This document shows, piece by piece, positions 1 through 9,524 of a stretch of DNA of 45,368 nucleotides (positions within the stretch are counted from its first letter, which is position 1; every line of letters starts with the position of its first letter). Below the pieces are notes generated by a model. It ran no database searches. It had not been told where the DNA came from and saw only the letters and a program-made list of their open reading frames with translations. The translations under genes and the position numbers were made by a program. The stretch is from Bdellovibrionales bacterium (GTDB taxonomy: Bacteria > Bdellovibrionota > Bdellovibrionia > Bdellovibrionales > UBA1609). The DNA is taken from assembly GCA_050246815.1 (NCBI GenBank), contig JBFWVI010000025.1:1-45368 (forward strand), in the 5' to 3' direction.

Positions 1-909
1 GATCATGTGATTGAGGTCAATAAACGCGATCGCGGGCAATGGCGTCAGCAGCGCCAACAGATATTGGCTTTGAACGTCAATCATCTGGTCTGCCCCCATG
101 AGTCACCTCGCACCGCCGTGTTGGTACGGCAGATGAAGGTGAAGGGGCTTAAAGTGGGTTTTGAAACCTGGTGGAATGCCATGATTTTCGATAAGCGAGT
201 GAAAAAGCCCATGCATCTGCCCGATGCCCTAAGGCAACTTTCACTTTTGACCGCGCTGAACAATTCTTTTGCCGAAGAGTTTTCTGAAATTTCAGGTCGA
301 GAAGATGTGTTTAATCCAGAAGACAGCAGCGCACGGGTGGATTTTCGCCACGGCTATATACCGGTTTGGGCCGAGATCGTGGACTCTCGAGGTGTTCAGG
401 GGAAGGCGCGCACCAGTTCAAAAACTGTTTACATCGCGCCCGGCAGCGTTTGGGCCACCAAGCGTTGGACCTTGACGGGCTACATTGAGCTGGCAAAAGC
501 CCTTTCGCAGGAGGGCTGGCGGGTGGAGGTCGTCGGGGCCCCCGATGAGCGACCCCTGGGCGAGTTGATTCAAAAAAGCGTTCCGGAGGTTAAAAATCAT
601 GCGGGCGAATGGTCGGCCAGTGAAACCGTCGCCCATTTTCGCCAGGGCAAAATGTTGATCGCCAATGATTCCGGCGCGATTCATATGGCGGCCATGGCTG
701 CGCTGCCCACGGTGGCGGTGTTTGGCCCCACCACTCTGGCCTTGGGTTTTAGGCCCTGGCAACGTCAGGCCATCGTGGTACAAAAAGATTTAAAATGCCG
801 ACCATGCGGCAAACATGGCCATCAAAAATGCCCGATCGGCACCCATGAATGTATGAATGGATTGTCTGTGGGCGAGGTTTTAAAAGCTGCGCGTGAGTTT
901 CTGGTTTAA
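1..909 (+). CDS. Glycosyltransferase family 9 (LPS heptosyltransferase-like), 5' truncated by window edge
   Basis: Frame open from base 1. Motifs APGSVWATKRW, NDSGAIHMA, VAVFGPT and the C-terminal CRPCGKHG..C..GTHECM are typical of GT9. Confidence 0.9.
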   Translation, partial: DHVIEVNKRDRGQWRQQRQQILALNVNHLVCPHESPRTAVLVRQMKVKGLKVGFETWWNAMIFDKRVKKPMHLPDALRQLSLLTALNNSFAEEFSEISGREDVFNPEDSSARVDFRHGYIPVWAEIVDSRGVQGKARTSSKTVYIAPGSVWATKRWTLTGYIELAKALSQEGWRVEVVGAPDERPLGELIQKSVPEVKNHAGEWSASETVAHFRQGKMLIANDSGAIHMAAMAALPTVAVFGPTTLALGFRPWQRQAIVVQKDLKCRPCGKHGHQKCPIGTHECMNGLSVGEVLKAAREFLV

Positions 910-1017
910 TTTTGCAGAGTTGATTTGAGTGAGTTCCCAGTTTCTCTTCGCGCGAAGAAAAATTTGCGTCATTTTGTTGGGGGCAAGCTTTAACCATCAA
1001 ATCAAGTCGCGCCGGCA

Positions 1018-1974
1018 TTACTGCAGGCGCGGCGAGCCCGTCGAATTGCCTTGGGTGGCCTTAACCTTATCCCACACTTCCATGGCCGCGGCGATCATGC
1101 CGCTGGGGTCTGCCATGTTTGCTGGAACGATAATCGAACGGGCATCAAAGGCGATTTGACCCATTTGTTTGATGTACTCTTCGGCGATTTTCAGGCGAGC
1201 GGCTTCGGTGCCTCCGGGCTGGTTCATGGCATCGGCCACTTGGCGAATGCCGTCGGCGGTGGCGCGGGCAATGGCCGAAATCGCGTTGGCCTTACCTTCG
1301 GCTTCGTTGATCTGTTTGGTTTTGTCGCCCTCGGAGTTTTTGATCATCTCTTGTTTCAAGCCTTCAGAGCGATTGATTTTCGAATCGCGATCGGCTTCGG
1401 ATTCCAAGATCTTAGCGCGTTTTTCACGCTCAGCACGCATTTGCTTTTCCATGGCGTCCAAAACGTCTTTGGGTGGCTGAATCGATTTGATTTCATAGCG
1501 CAAGACCTTGACACCCCATGGTTCTGTGGCGGTTTCAATCGCCAGAATCACGCCGTTGTTGATTTTTTCGCGCTCTTCAAATGTTTTATCCAAATCGATA
1601 CGGCCAATTTCAGAACGTAAGGTGGTTTGCGCCAGCTGAATCACAGCCATTTCAGGGTCGTTGATGCCATACGAGGCTTTGACCGGATCGACCACGCGAA
1701 AGAACAAGACGCCGTCCACATGTACGGATACGTTGTCTCGGGTGATGCAAGCCTGTGCCGGAATGTCGATGGCCAATTCTTTTAAGGTGTGGCGATAGCG
1801 AACCACATCCACAATCGGCACCAAAAAATGCAAGCCAGCCGAAAGCGTGCCGTGGAATTTGCCCAAACGTTCCACAATCCAAGCTTGTTGCTGGGGCACA
1901 ACTCGAACGGCTTTCGAGATAAACACCAAAACCATAAACACTAAAACTAAAGCGAACAACATCGTGATGGTCAT
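1018..1974 (-). CDS. SPFH/stomatin-like (paraslipin, QmcA-type) membrane protein
   Basis: N-terminal TM helix; VERLGKF, ITRDNV, LAQTTLRSEIG, WGVKVLRYEI, AMEKQMRAEREKRA; coiled-coil tail. Confidence 0.95.
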   Translation of the reverse strand: MTITMLFALVLVFMVLVFISKAVRVVPQQQAWIVERLGKFHGTLSAGLHFLVPIVDVVRYRHTLKELAIDIPAQACITRDNVSVHVDGVLFFRVVDPVKASYGINDPEMAVIQLAQTTLRSEIGRIDLDKTFEEREKINNGVILAIETATEPWGVKVLRYEIKSIQPPKDVLDAMEKQMRAEREKRAKILESEADRDSKINRSEGLKQEMIKNSEGDKTKQINEAEGKANAISAIARATADGIRQVADAMNQPGGTEAARLKIAEEYIKQMGQIAFDARSIIVPANMADPSGMIAAAMEVWDKVKATQGNSTGSPRLQ

Positions 1975-1976
1975 AA

Positions 1977-2402
1977 CTACTCCTGTACTTTTTCTAAGAA
2001 AATTTTAACACCCTCGGTCTTAACAATGCGGGCGCGCTCGCCTCGATGCAGTTGCTCAGGGGACAGGTTGACGGCGGTCCAAGGCGCGCCCTGATATTGC
2101 ACAGTGCCCTCTTGGCCGGCTTTTAAATCATGGCTCAATGTGATCACCTGGGCCAAGTCGGATTCAAAACCGCTGGATTTTGATTTGAAGCCGCTTTTGC
2201 GTACATACCAAACGCCAAGCAAAGCCAAAATGCCGAAGATCGAGATTTGTAAAACCAATGAAGATTCGAAATTTGCCACGACGGCTGTAGCCACCGCAGC
2301 AAAACCAAAAAAAAGCAGGTAAAAGGTTCCGGTGAACATCTCGCTGGCCAGCAAGACGCCGCCCAAGATGAGCCACCACCAAACTTCATTTGCCAGTTCC
2401 AT
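1977..2402 (-). CDS. NfeD-family (YbbJ-like) membrane protein
   Basis: WWWLILGGVLLASEMFTGTFYLLFFG hydrophobic N-terminus, OB-fold-like C-terminus (GTVQYQGAPWTA), canonical pairing with the SPFH gene. Confidence 0.92.
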   Translation of the reverse strand: MELANEVWWWLILGGVLLASEMFTGTFYLLFFGFAAVATAVVANFESSLVLQISIFGILALLGVWYVRKSGFKSKSSGFESDLAQVITLSHDLKAGQEGTVQYQGAPWTAVNLSPEQLHRGERARIVKTEGVKIFLEKVQE

Positions 2403-2657
2403 GGGGTCTCCGTGTTAATGAACAAACGGATTTGACCATGTTCGATCATGGCAGGCAACCGAGACCGGCATTGTGCAGCGCATTCTTGTGTCGCAAAAGG
2501 CGCTATTCGGCGGTGGCCAGGCATACCTCGCTTGTTGACGGTTCGCTGTTTCATTCTCAATTAGTTTAAACAAACTCAACTTTCTAGATCGTTTGTATGA
2601 CTTTGGTCGGATCAATGATCGGGCCTCGACTTTAGCCGTGATTAGGGGCAGTGCACC

Positions 2658-2691
2658 TGCAGATTTGGACACAAAATCCGAAAAAGAATTA
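2658..2691 (+). promoter_or_regulatory. Putative sigma28 (FliA)-type promoter, leaderless geometry
   Basis: TGCAG(2658-2662)-N14-TCCGAAAA(2677-2684)-N7-ATG(2692), versus consensus TAAAG-N14-GCCGATAA. No Shine-Dalgarno. Same spacing as the site at 18626. Confidence 0.45.
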
Positions 2692-4629
2692 ATGGCCATG
2701 TTGTTGAAACTGTTTATTTTGCTCGCCCCCGTGCCTGCCGTGGCGGTGACCCTCGCTGAGGTGCAACAAAATCCAGCGTTGTTGTTGAAGGCGACCAGCG
2801 CCGACATGCAATCGCTGGATTCGCAATTGAAGGCGTCGTCTTTGGGTGCCAACGCCAAGGCCAATGCTTCGGCTAAACTTAAAAACCTAGTCCACATTAA
2901 ACAAAAACTGGATGAGTGTTTGGGCAAGCTGGAGGACGCACGGGGTTTGCGTGCCTCGATTTTAGGTGGAGCCTTGGCGGACGATTGTTTGTCTCAGGCC
3001 TTCGGCTACAATCGGCCACTGAGCGTGGCCTTTGATCTTTCGGCCGTCGCATCGGCTGCCACCTATGCCGATGTAAAAAAAATGGTCGAAGAAAGAAGCC
3101 TCAGCAACGCCGCTCGTACGATTTTTGATTACCGAACGCAATTTGAGGGCGCCAAGCCTTTGCCCAAAGCGGGAGATGAAAAGGCTTTGAAGATTTTGGC
3201 CAATGAGATCTGCCACGGTTGCAGTGAAAAACAGAGGAAATACTTTGCCGACGCATTTGATAAGCACCTGAAAGAAACAAGAAAACCCAGCAGCAAACTT
3301 TCCATCAACGAAGTTTTGCACCAGCAAAATCAGACCCTGGCGGGTTTAAATGCACGTTTAGAAAAAATGGAAGAAGCCAAGAACAAAAAAGACGAAAAGG
3401 CCTTCGGCGAACTTTATGACCGATATTTAGAAGACTATCAGCGCTACGTCAGTACTCCTGCAGGTGCCTTGTTTATGACTGGGGCGGTACGCGATGTTGT
3501 GGGCAAGGTGATCACGCCCGAGGATGTGGGCAAAAAATATTGGTTGGTCGGGGATAAAACATTGCCCCGCCACAAGCCCTTGGGTAAGCGACCTTACTGC
3601 GGGCGTTCGGGCGCTTGCCAGCCAGAAGATGAACTGAAGCTTCGGCAAGGCTTGCGCGAGATTGAATCCAAAGTGGCGGACTTCACGCAAAAGAAGGTTC
3701 GGGCAAAATCTTTTACCGATCTGATGAAAGTGGATCCCGCCTTGGCCGGCCAGATGTTGGTTATCAATCCAGGTCTGATGTATGAAGCCTGCACGTCGAT
3801 TCAAGAGATCACCAAGGCGGATCTACGTGACAAAGAATTATTGAGCGGAGTCGACACTTTTGTGAATGTCTTGGATGGCGCATCCATGGCCTTGATGGTC
3901 ACGGGAGTGGGTGGGGTGGTCGCTAAGGGTATCAGCAGCGTGGCTGCTGCGGGCGCCCGCGCCGCGACTCGGGCTTTGGCAAGTAATCTAACAAGTCCAT
4001 CCGGGCGTTCTGCCATTATGTCTGGAATGGGTTCGGCAACCATTGGCCGTGGCTCTCTTCGTACAACCGCAGGTCAAATCATGGGGCGCACGGCTATCGT
4101 CGGCGCTGTATCTGAAGCTGGTCATGCCATCAGTGACGGCGGTAAGATGATCGAGTTTTCTGGCCGCGCCGATATACTGGTGGCTAGTCGCATGGCTCGG
4201 GCCACCAGCGACATGGATGTTCAGCGTCTAACGGAAATTGAAAGCCAATGGGATGAATCCTTGGGGCGCTTGCTGCGGGGCTCGGCCACAAACGCTCTTC
4301 CTTTGGCGAATGGGTTGATGCGGATTCGCTCGAGCAAATATCTCTCCGGGCTTTTTAAGAACAAAAAAGATCTTGCGTCAGAACTGGAAGCGGACGCCAA
4401 ACTTTTGCAGTCGATTGAAATCCTGGGGCCAGAAGGAATCAAAAAAATGACCGACGTGGCGGGCCAATTGGGTCTTAATCAGGACGGTTTGGCGGGAGCG
4501 TTGGCAGCGGCTGCGCAACTTCCGGGCGGCACGGAAAAAATATTGAAAGCCTTAAAGGGAAGTGCGCCGGGTAAATGGCTCAAAGAGCTGTCCGAAGTCG
4601 GCAGTGCGGGGTTGGCATGCGCCATCTAA
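2692..4629 (+). CDS. Large secreted hypothetical protein with Cys-containing helical N-region and Gly/Ala-rich hydrophobic segments
   Basis: ORF 2593..4629. ATG 2692/2698 gives a signal peptide (MLLKLFILLAPVPAVA). Hydrophobic stretch VLDGASMALMVTGVGGVVAKGISSVAAAG. No recognisable family. Confidence 0.8.
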   Translation: MAMLLKLFILLAPVPAVAVTLAEVQQNPALLLKATSADMQSLDSQLKASSLGANAKANASAKLKNLVHIKQKLDECLGKLEDARGLRASILGGALADDCLSQAFGYNRPLSVAFDLSAVASAATYADVKKMVEERSLSNAARTIFDYRTQFEGAKPLPKAGDEKALKILANEICHGCSEKQRKYFADAFDKHLKETRKPSSKLSINEVLHQQNQTLAGLNARLEKMEEAKNKKDEKAFGELYDRYLEDYQRYVSTPAGALFMTGAVRDVVGKVITPEDVGKKYWLVGDKTLPRHKPLGKRPYCGRSGACQPEDELKLRQGLREIESKVADFTQKKVRAKSFTDLMKVDPALAGQMLVINPGLMYEACTSIQEITKADLRDKELLSGVDTFVNVLDGASMALMVTGVGGVVAKGISSVAAAGARAATRALASNLTSPSGRSAIMSGMGSATIGRGSLRTTAGQIMGRTAIVGAVSEAGHAISDGGKMIEFSGRADILVASRMARATSDMDVQRLTEIESQWDESLGRLLRGSATNALPLANGLMRIRSSKYLSGLFKNKKDLASELEADAKLLQSIEILGPEGIKKMTDVAGQLGLNQDGLAGALAAAAQLPGGTEKILKALKGSAPGKWLKELSEVGSAGLACAI

Positions 4630-6128
4630 ACATTTTCGCACTGATTTTTTTTGTTTCATCATTGGCTCGGGCCAACAGCGGTTCGCCGCAAAAGTGCGAT
4701 GATGTGACAGCCGCCGTTGGGCAAGTTTTAAATCGCATCGACGCTGCCGAGCCTGCAGCAGCCGCTGCGGTTCTGCAGCAAGCCGCACACAGCACTTCGG
4801 CGCCGGCCGCGGCAGCGGTGGAAGATGCCTACAAAGCCATGGGCATTCGTGTGCGGGATCCCGCCGGAGCCAACTATGCCTCACAAATCATTGAGGACTC
4901 TTATCAGCTTGAGACGAAGGCCACACGCGCCCTGGCTGCGGGTGGACAGCAAGAGGCCGCCGCACGGGCTGCCATCGGTCATAAGCTGAACGAGTTGACC
5001 GAGGCCAGTAAAGGCGCCGACATCAACACACTGGAGCGTCTAAAAAGACAAAAAGCAAGTTTGCTTCGTTTATCTTACTTGAACAAAAGAAAGCTTGAAA
5101 GTTTGTCGACTGACGAACTTGTTGCTTTAGAAAAAAAGATCGAAGGCCTTTTTCCGAGGGGTGAGCAGTTTAGCCCGCCAGCCCATTTATTGGCGGAAAA
5201 AGAATTTTTAAAAGAGATCACAGCGGCACTCGCAAAAAAACCTGATTATATGGACGCCAAACGTCGTGCGATTGCCGCGATCGGACAGCAACAACGCGCA
5301 CAGGACAAAGCACGGGAGATGACTTATCGCACCAGTCACGCTCTGGACGCGGCTCGTCCTTTGACGACAAAACAAGTAGAAGTGATGGGTAAAGCCATCG
5401 AAGCAATGAAAAAAGATCCTGCCGCCTTAACGCCCGATCAAGTCCGATGGATGACCGAGATGCGTGAACAAATCAGTGCCAAACAAAAATGGAAAGACGG
5501 TGATTACCGTGGGATGACTTCTGAAGACGAGGCCCGCGTGACGGAATTCGTTCGGGCTTGGGACGATGCTGTAGGCGCAATTTCCCGTCGTACTAAAAGT
5601 ATGGAGGCTTTGGCCGCAGAGCAAGGGCGGCGTATGGGGCCCGCGCTTTCAAATCGACAGGTGCAAGACACTTGGGGCCAAAACACAGGGCGTCGAGCGG
5701 CTTCATCGCGTGGAGAGCTGGATCGTCGAGCTCATCCCGAGGCTGATCGTATAGTTGAAACCCTTCAATTGGCTTCGCCGGGTAGCAGTGCCACTCGCTT
5801 GCGTGAAGTTGTGAATTATAATCCGGTTGTTACGCGTCAAGCCGGTATGAATAGTTTGGCGGAACAGCTGGGGCCTCTTGGTGTAACTCGGCAGCAACTT
5901 GAATCTGCCAACGTGCTTTCCGCTATTGATCCGACCAATGTGGGTGTTGTTTTGAATGATTTAGAGAGGGCACGTGAATTTTTACGACACGTGGAAACTG
6001 CAGAAAATCGCGGCCAGCTTTCGGTTCAGGGGAACAGGGAGCTTCGTCAGTTGGTCGACACCGTGCGATTCCATGTCAACAGCTACGTGCCCCCGCATTT
6101 GCAGAGGCTGGGCCGTTATAACGATTAA
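4617..6128 (+). CDS. Secreted helical hypothetical protein
   Basis: ATG 4617 gives signal peptide MRHLNIFALIFFVSSLARA. Overlaps the upstream gene by 13 nt, implying an operon. Ala/Glu/Lys/Arg-rich helical composition. Confidence 0.8.
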   Translation: MRHLNIFALIFFVSSLARANSGSPQKCDDVTAAVGQVLNRIDAAEPAAAAAVLQQAAHSTSAPAAAAVEDAYKAMGIRVRDPAGANYASQIIEDSYQLETKATRALAAGGQQEAAARAAIGHKLNELTEASKGADINTLERLKRQKASLLRLSYLNKRKLESLSTDELVALEKKIEGLFPRGEQFSPPAHLLAEKEFLKEITAALAKKPDYMDAKRRAIAAIGQQQRAQDKAREMTYRTSHALDAARPLTTKQVEVMGKAIEAMKKDPAALTPDQVRWMTEMREQISAKQKWKDGDYRGMTSEDEARVTEFVRAWDDAVGAISRRTKSMEALAAEQGRRMGPALSNRQVQDTWGQNTGRRAASSRGELDRRAHPEADRIVETLQLASPGSSATRLREVVNYNPVVTRQAGMNSLAEQLGPLGVTRQQLESANVLSAIDPTNVGVVLNDLERAREFLRHVETAENRGQLSVQGNRELRQLVDTVRFHVNSYVPPHLQRLGRYND

Positions 6129-6131
6129 TTT

Positions 6132-7550
6132 CTAAAGCTCTTCCGAATACTCCCGCACATTGATGGCGTACTTTTTAATCTTACGCAGCAAGGTGTTCTT
6201 GGGGATGTTTGCGTGCGCAACCGTCTGGTTGATGCGACCGCGATTGGCGCGAAGCGCTTGCACGATAAATTCTTTCTCAGCCATCTCTTTGAAGCGGTCG
6301 AAATCCAGCGGGCCAGAATAGCCTTTCGGAAACGAAACTTCGGCGTTGTTATGGTGTTCGGCCGCTGCGCGCACATTGTCAGGTAAGCTGCTCAAGGTGA
6401 TATATGGCGAGTTTTCAATGATGAAAGCGCGTTCGATCACGTTCTCAAGTTCGCGGATGTTGCCGGGCCAACGGTATTGGCGTAACGCTTGCAGGGCGTT
6501 GGGCATGATGCCTTGAATGTGTTGGCTTTGCTTGCGGTTAAAGCGGCGCACGAAGTAGTTCACCAATTCGCCCATGTCTTCGTTACGATCGCGTAGTGGG
6601 GGCATAAAAATCGGCATCACGTTCAAGCGGTAAAAGAGATCTTCGCGAAAGGTGCTTTCTTCGATCATTTTCTCGAGGTTGCGGTTGGTCGCGGCGATGA
6701 TGCGCGCGGTGGTGGCGATTTCGCGATTACCGCCGACCGGCACGAATTTGCGCTCTTGCAATACGCGCAGCAACTTCACCTGCATTTCCGGCGGCAGCTC
6801 GGCCACTTCATCCAAAAAGATGGTGCCCTTGTTGGCCAACTGGAATTTGCCGATTTTGCGCTCGATCGCGCCGGTGAAGGCGCCTTTTTCATGGCCGAAC
6901 AATTCGCTTTCCATCAAGTTCTCAGGGATAGCGCCGCAGTTGATGGCGACAAATTCGCCATGTTTGCGGGGTGAGCTTGAATGAATGGCGCGGGCCACCA
7001 GCTCTTTGCCCGTGCCGTTTTCACCACGGATCAAAACTGTGGTGTCAACCTTGCTTAAGCGACTGATCAAATCAAAGACCGCATTCATTTTATTGCTGGA
7101 GCCAACGAATTCAGTTTCGACGTCGTCATCAAAAATGGGGCGCGAAATTGCCAGGCTTGACACCATCTCTTGGGTTTCTAAAGCACGGGTGACGATGGCG
7201 CTTAAACGTTCGGGTTGAACGGGTTTTTCGATGTAGTCATAGGCACCGCACTTGATGGCTGTGATGGCGTCTTGCAAATTCGAATGCGCGGTCATGATCA
7301 CCACAAAAGTGCGCGGGTCGTGGGCTTTGATCGCCTCCAGTGCGGCCAAGCCGTCCATCTCGGGCATGCGCACATCCATCAGCACCAAGTCGAAATCTTG
7401 GGATTGCACGCTGGCCAAAGCACTTTTGCCGTTGTCGCTTTCGACAACTTCAAATTGGTAGGCCGGCAGGGCCGTGGTTAAAACCGCAGCGACTGCTTTG
7501 CGCAGTTCCGCTTCGTCGTCAACGATCAAGACTTTGAGTTCGTTCTTCAT
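6132..7550 (-). CDS. Sigma54-dependent response regulator (REC-AAA+-Fis HTH, NtrC family)
   Basis: VLIVDDE...DVRMP receiver, GENGTGKELVA Walker A, GAFTGA, FLDEV, FREDLFYRLNV, WPGNIREL, C-terminal HTH. Confidence 0.96.
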   Translation of the reverse strand: MKNELKVLIVDDEAELRKAVAAVLTTALPAYQFEVVESDNGKSALASVQSQDFDLVLMDVRMPEMDGLAALEAIKAHDPRTFVVIMTAHSNLQDAITAIKCGAYDYIEKPVQPERLSAIVTRALETQEMVSSLAISRPIFDDDVETEFVGSSNKMNAVFDLISRLSKVDTTVLIRGENGTGKELVARAIHSSSPRKHGEFVAINCGAIPENLMESELFGHEKGAFTGAIERKIGKFQLANKGTIFLDEVAELPPEMQVKLLRVLQERKFVPVGGNREIATTARIIAATNRNLEKMIEESTFREDLFYRLNVMPIFMPPLRDRNEDMGELVNYFVRRFNRKQSQHIQGIMPNALQALRQYRWPGNIRELENVIERAFIIENSPYITLSSLPDNVRAAAEHHNNAEVSFPKGYSGPLDFDRFKEMAEKEFIVQALRANRGRINQTVAHANIPKNTLLRKIKKYAINVREYSEEL

Positions 7551-9468
7551 ATCTGTGCTCCGTTCTATTTTCAGCGACCGATACTTCGGCCATGTCTAAG
7601 GGCAGTGCAAAACCAAACCGCGTGCCCTTGCTTTGTTCGCTGCGGACAAAAACTCGTCCGCCGTGCAGTTCAACGAAATACTTCACCAGGTACAGGCCCA
7701 GGCCCGATCCCTTAGTCGAAAGCGAATGCCCCGTGCCGCGGTAGAATTTCTCGAAGATGCGTCCTTGTTCTTCAGCCGGGATGCCGGGGCCGGCGTCGGT
7801 GACCGTGACGATCACTTGATCCCCCACCTCACGCGAGGAAACCACCACCGCACTGGACTCGGGGCTATACTTAATCGCATTTTCGACCAGATTCAAGATC
7901 ACCTCTTGAATCAAGGTCGGATCGACCTCGATAGCGAAAATTGGTTCCAAATTGGTATCGATCTTGATCCTTTTGGCGTCGGCAAGCGGCCTTAACTGTT
8001 GGCACACATTGAAAATCAACTCGTTGATATCGCTGGCCTCTTTGTTGATACGAAAATCGCTCGATTCGATGCGGCTGACCCTGAGAATCGATTGAATGTA
8101 GCGATGAAGCTCTGAACTCTCCGCTCGCAGCATTTGCAGGCCCACTTGAATCTCGGTGTTGGGTGCCACAGGCAACAGTCGATCGCAGATGGCCTGAATC
8201 TTGGCAATCGGGGTTTTCAAGTCATGGCTGAAAAGACTGACGAAATTGTTCTTGAGTTGTTCGATCTCTTGCAGATATTTTTTTTCTTCTTCCAGGCGCC
8301 AGTTCAAGTTTTCTTGAACAGTCAGTTGATAGCCAATGAAAATCATGTAGGCCACAAACAACTCCACCAGCGGCGCCAGAAGCGGCAGCCACACATTGTG
8401 GCTATCAAAGGCCCAAAGTGTGCCAGCCGTCAGGCTTAAACCCATCCACAGTAAAAACACCAATGCCACGGCCTGGGGATAGGCCAACAGGATAAAGGTG
8501 GCGGCCACCATCACCAGCAGCAGGTAAAGCGCGATCACCCACATCGACGGTCGTTCGATCCAACGGTTGCCCAAAATGTTGTCGGCCACATTGGCCACCA
8601 GTTCAGCGCGACTTAAAGGTCCAACGGGGGTGGTGTACAGGTGCCCATCCAAATCTCGTGTTCCGATGATCACCACTTTGCCCTTTAACAGTTCGGCGGC
8701 CCGTGCTGGGCGGTCTAAAAGATCGCGCGCATTCAAAGCGGGATAAGTGCCTTCGGCCCCTAAAAAATTAATGGTGCGAGTTTCGCCACTGACCAGATTT
8801 GAGGTGCGGGCCTGGTTGGTGTTGAAGGCATTGGCCAAACGCACACTCAAGTGGGGGACTTGCACCAAAGGTGAAGAAAAGCGGCGCACGATACGGTCTT
8901 CATCGTTGAAAAAATCAATCAGGCCGGCGTTGTGACCGTAACTGGAGACAAAAGCGGGCAGTGAGGCGCGGCCGTCGCTGTCTAAGCGTGCGGCCCAGAT
9001 CACGCGGGGGTCGTAAAGCGCGGGACGTTCTTTGGCGTCGGGGGCCCTGCCCAGCGAGCCCACGGGAAAAAAGAAAGTGACCGCCACCGTGGCCGGGTTG
9101 CCAGAAAGCACCACATTCAAAAGTTTTTGCCAGGTGTTCGGGTTCCAAAAAAAACTGTCGGTGAAAGCGGAAATTTCTTTTAAGGGGCGAAGTACATTGC
9201 GCTCTTGGCCACTCAATTCAAACCAGTCGTTTTGGTGCAGGTAAACCAACACAAAAGGAGGGCTTTCGACCTGTGGGCCACGCATTTGAAAACGCAGATC
9301 GTACTTGTCGGATGAGTCGACGATGGTCAACGTCAGACCCACGGCCCAACCGACCAGACCCCTCAGCCACACCCCGCGGGTGCGGGCCAACCAACGGCTG
9401 GCGATCAAAATTCGCAGTCTAAAACCGCGCAATAAGTCTTCATTCAACACAATAACGCTATGTATCAA
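7519..9468 (-). CDS. CHASE2-domain sensor histidine kinase (start uncertain)
   Basis: DEDRIVRR and LKGKVVIIG...TPVG...ELVANVADNIL CHASE2 hallmarks, three TM helices, SHDLKTP H-box, NLVENAIKYS, DAGPGI, GSGLGL. Confidence 0.92.
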   Translation of the reverse strand: MIHSVIVLNEDLLRGFRLRILIASRWLARTRGVWLRGLVGWAVGLTLTIVDSSDKYDLRFQMRGPQVESPPFVLVYLHQNDWFELSGQERNVLRPLKEISAFTDSFFWNPNTWQKLLNVVLSGNPATVAVTFFFPVGSLGRAPDAKERPALYDPRVIWAARLDSDGRASLPAFVSSYGHNAGLIDFFNDEDRIVRRFSSPLVQVPHLSVRLANAFNTNQARTSNLVSGETRTINFLGAEGTYPALNARDLLDRPARAAELLKGKVVIIGTRDLDGHLYTTPVGPLSRAELVANVADNILGNRWIERPSMWVIALYLLLVMVAATFILLAYPQAVALVFLLWMGLSLTAGTLWAFDSHNVWLPLLAPLVELFVAYMIFIGYQLTVQENLNWRLEEEKKYLQEIEQLKNNFVSLFSHDLKTPIAKIQAICDRLLPVAPNTEIQVGLQMLRAESSELHRYIQSILRVSRIESSDFRINKEASDINELIFNVCQQLRPLADAKRIKIDTNLEPIFAIEVDPTLIQEVILNLVENAIKYSPESSAVVVSSREVGDQVIVTVTDAGPGIPAEEQGRIFEKFYRGTGHSLSTKGSGLGLYLVKYFVELHGGRVFVRSEQSKGTRFGFALPLDMAEVSVAENRTEHRYEERTQSLDR

Positions 9469-9495
9469 TTGGTTCCTCAGAATTCAATTGGTTCC
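9465..9495. repeat. 12-bp direct repeat TCAATTGGTTCC x2 in the divergent kinase/ribF region
   Basis: Identical copies at 9465-9476 and 9484-9495 (19-bp period). Confidence 0.85.
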
Positions 9496-9524
9496 GGCGG
9501 AAATATTGGTATTTTTGCCAGCTT

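Noticed and set aside
1051..1620. 189-aa plus-strand ORF and the many other 60-170-aa shadow ORFs in the track
   Set aside because: They are antisense or out-of-frame to well-supported genes and carry no motifs; expected from codon bias.
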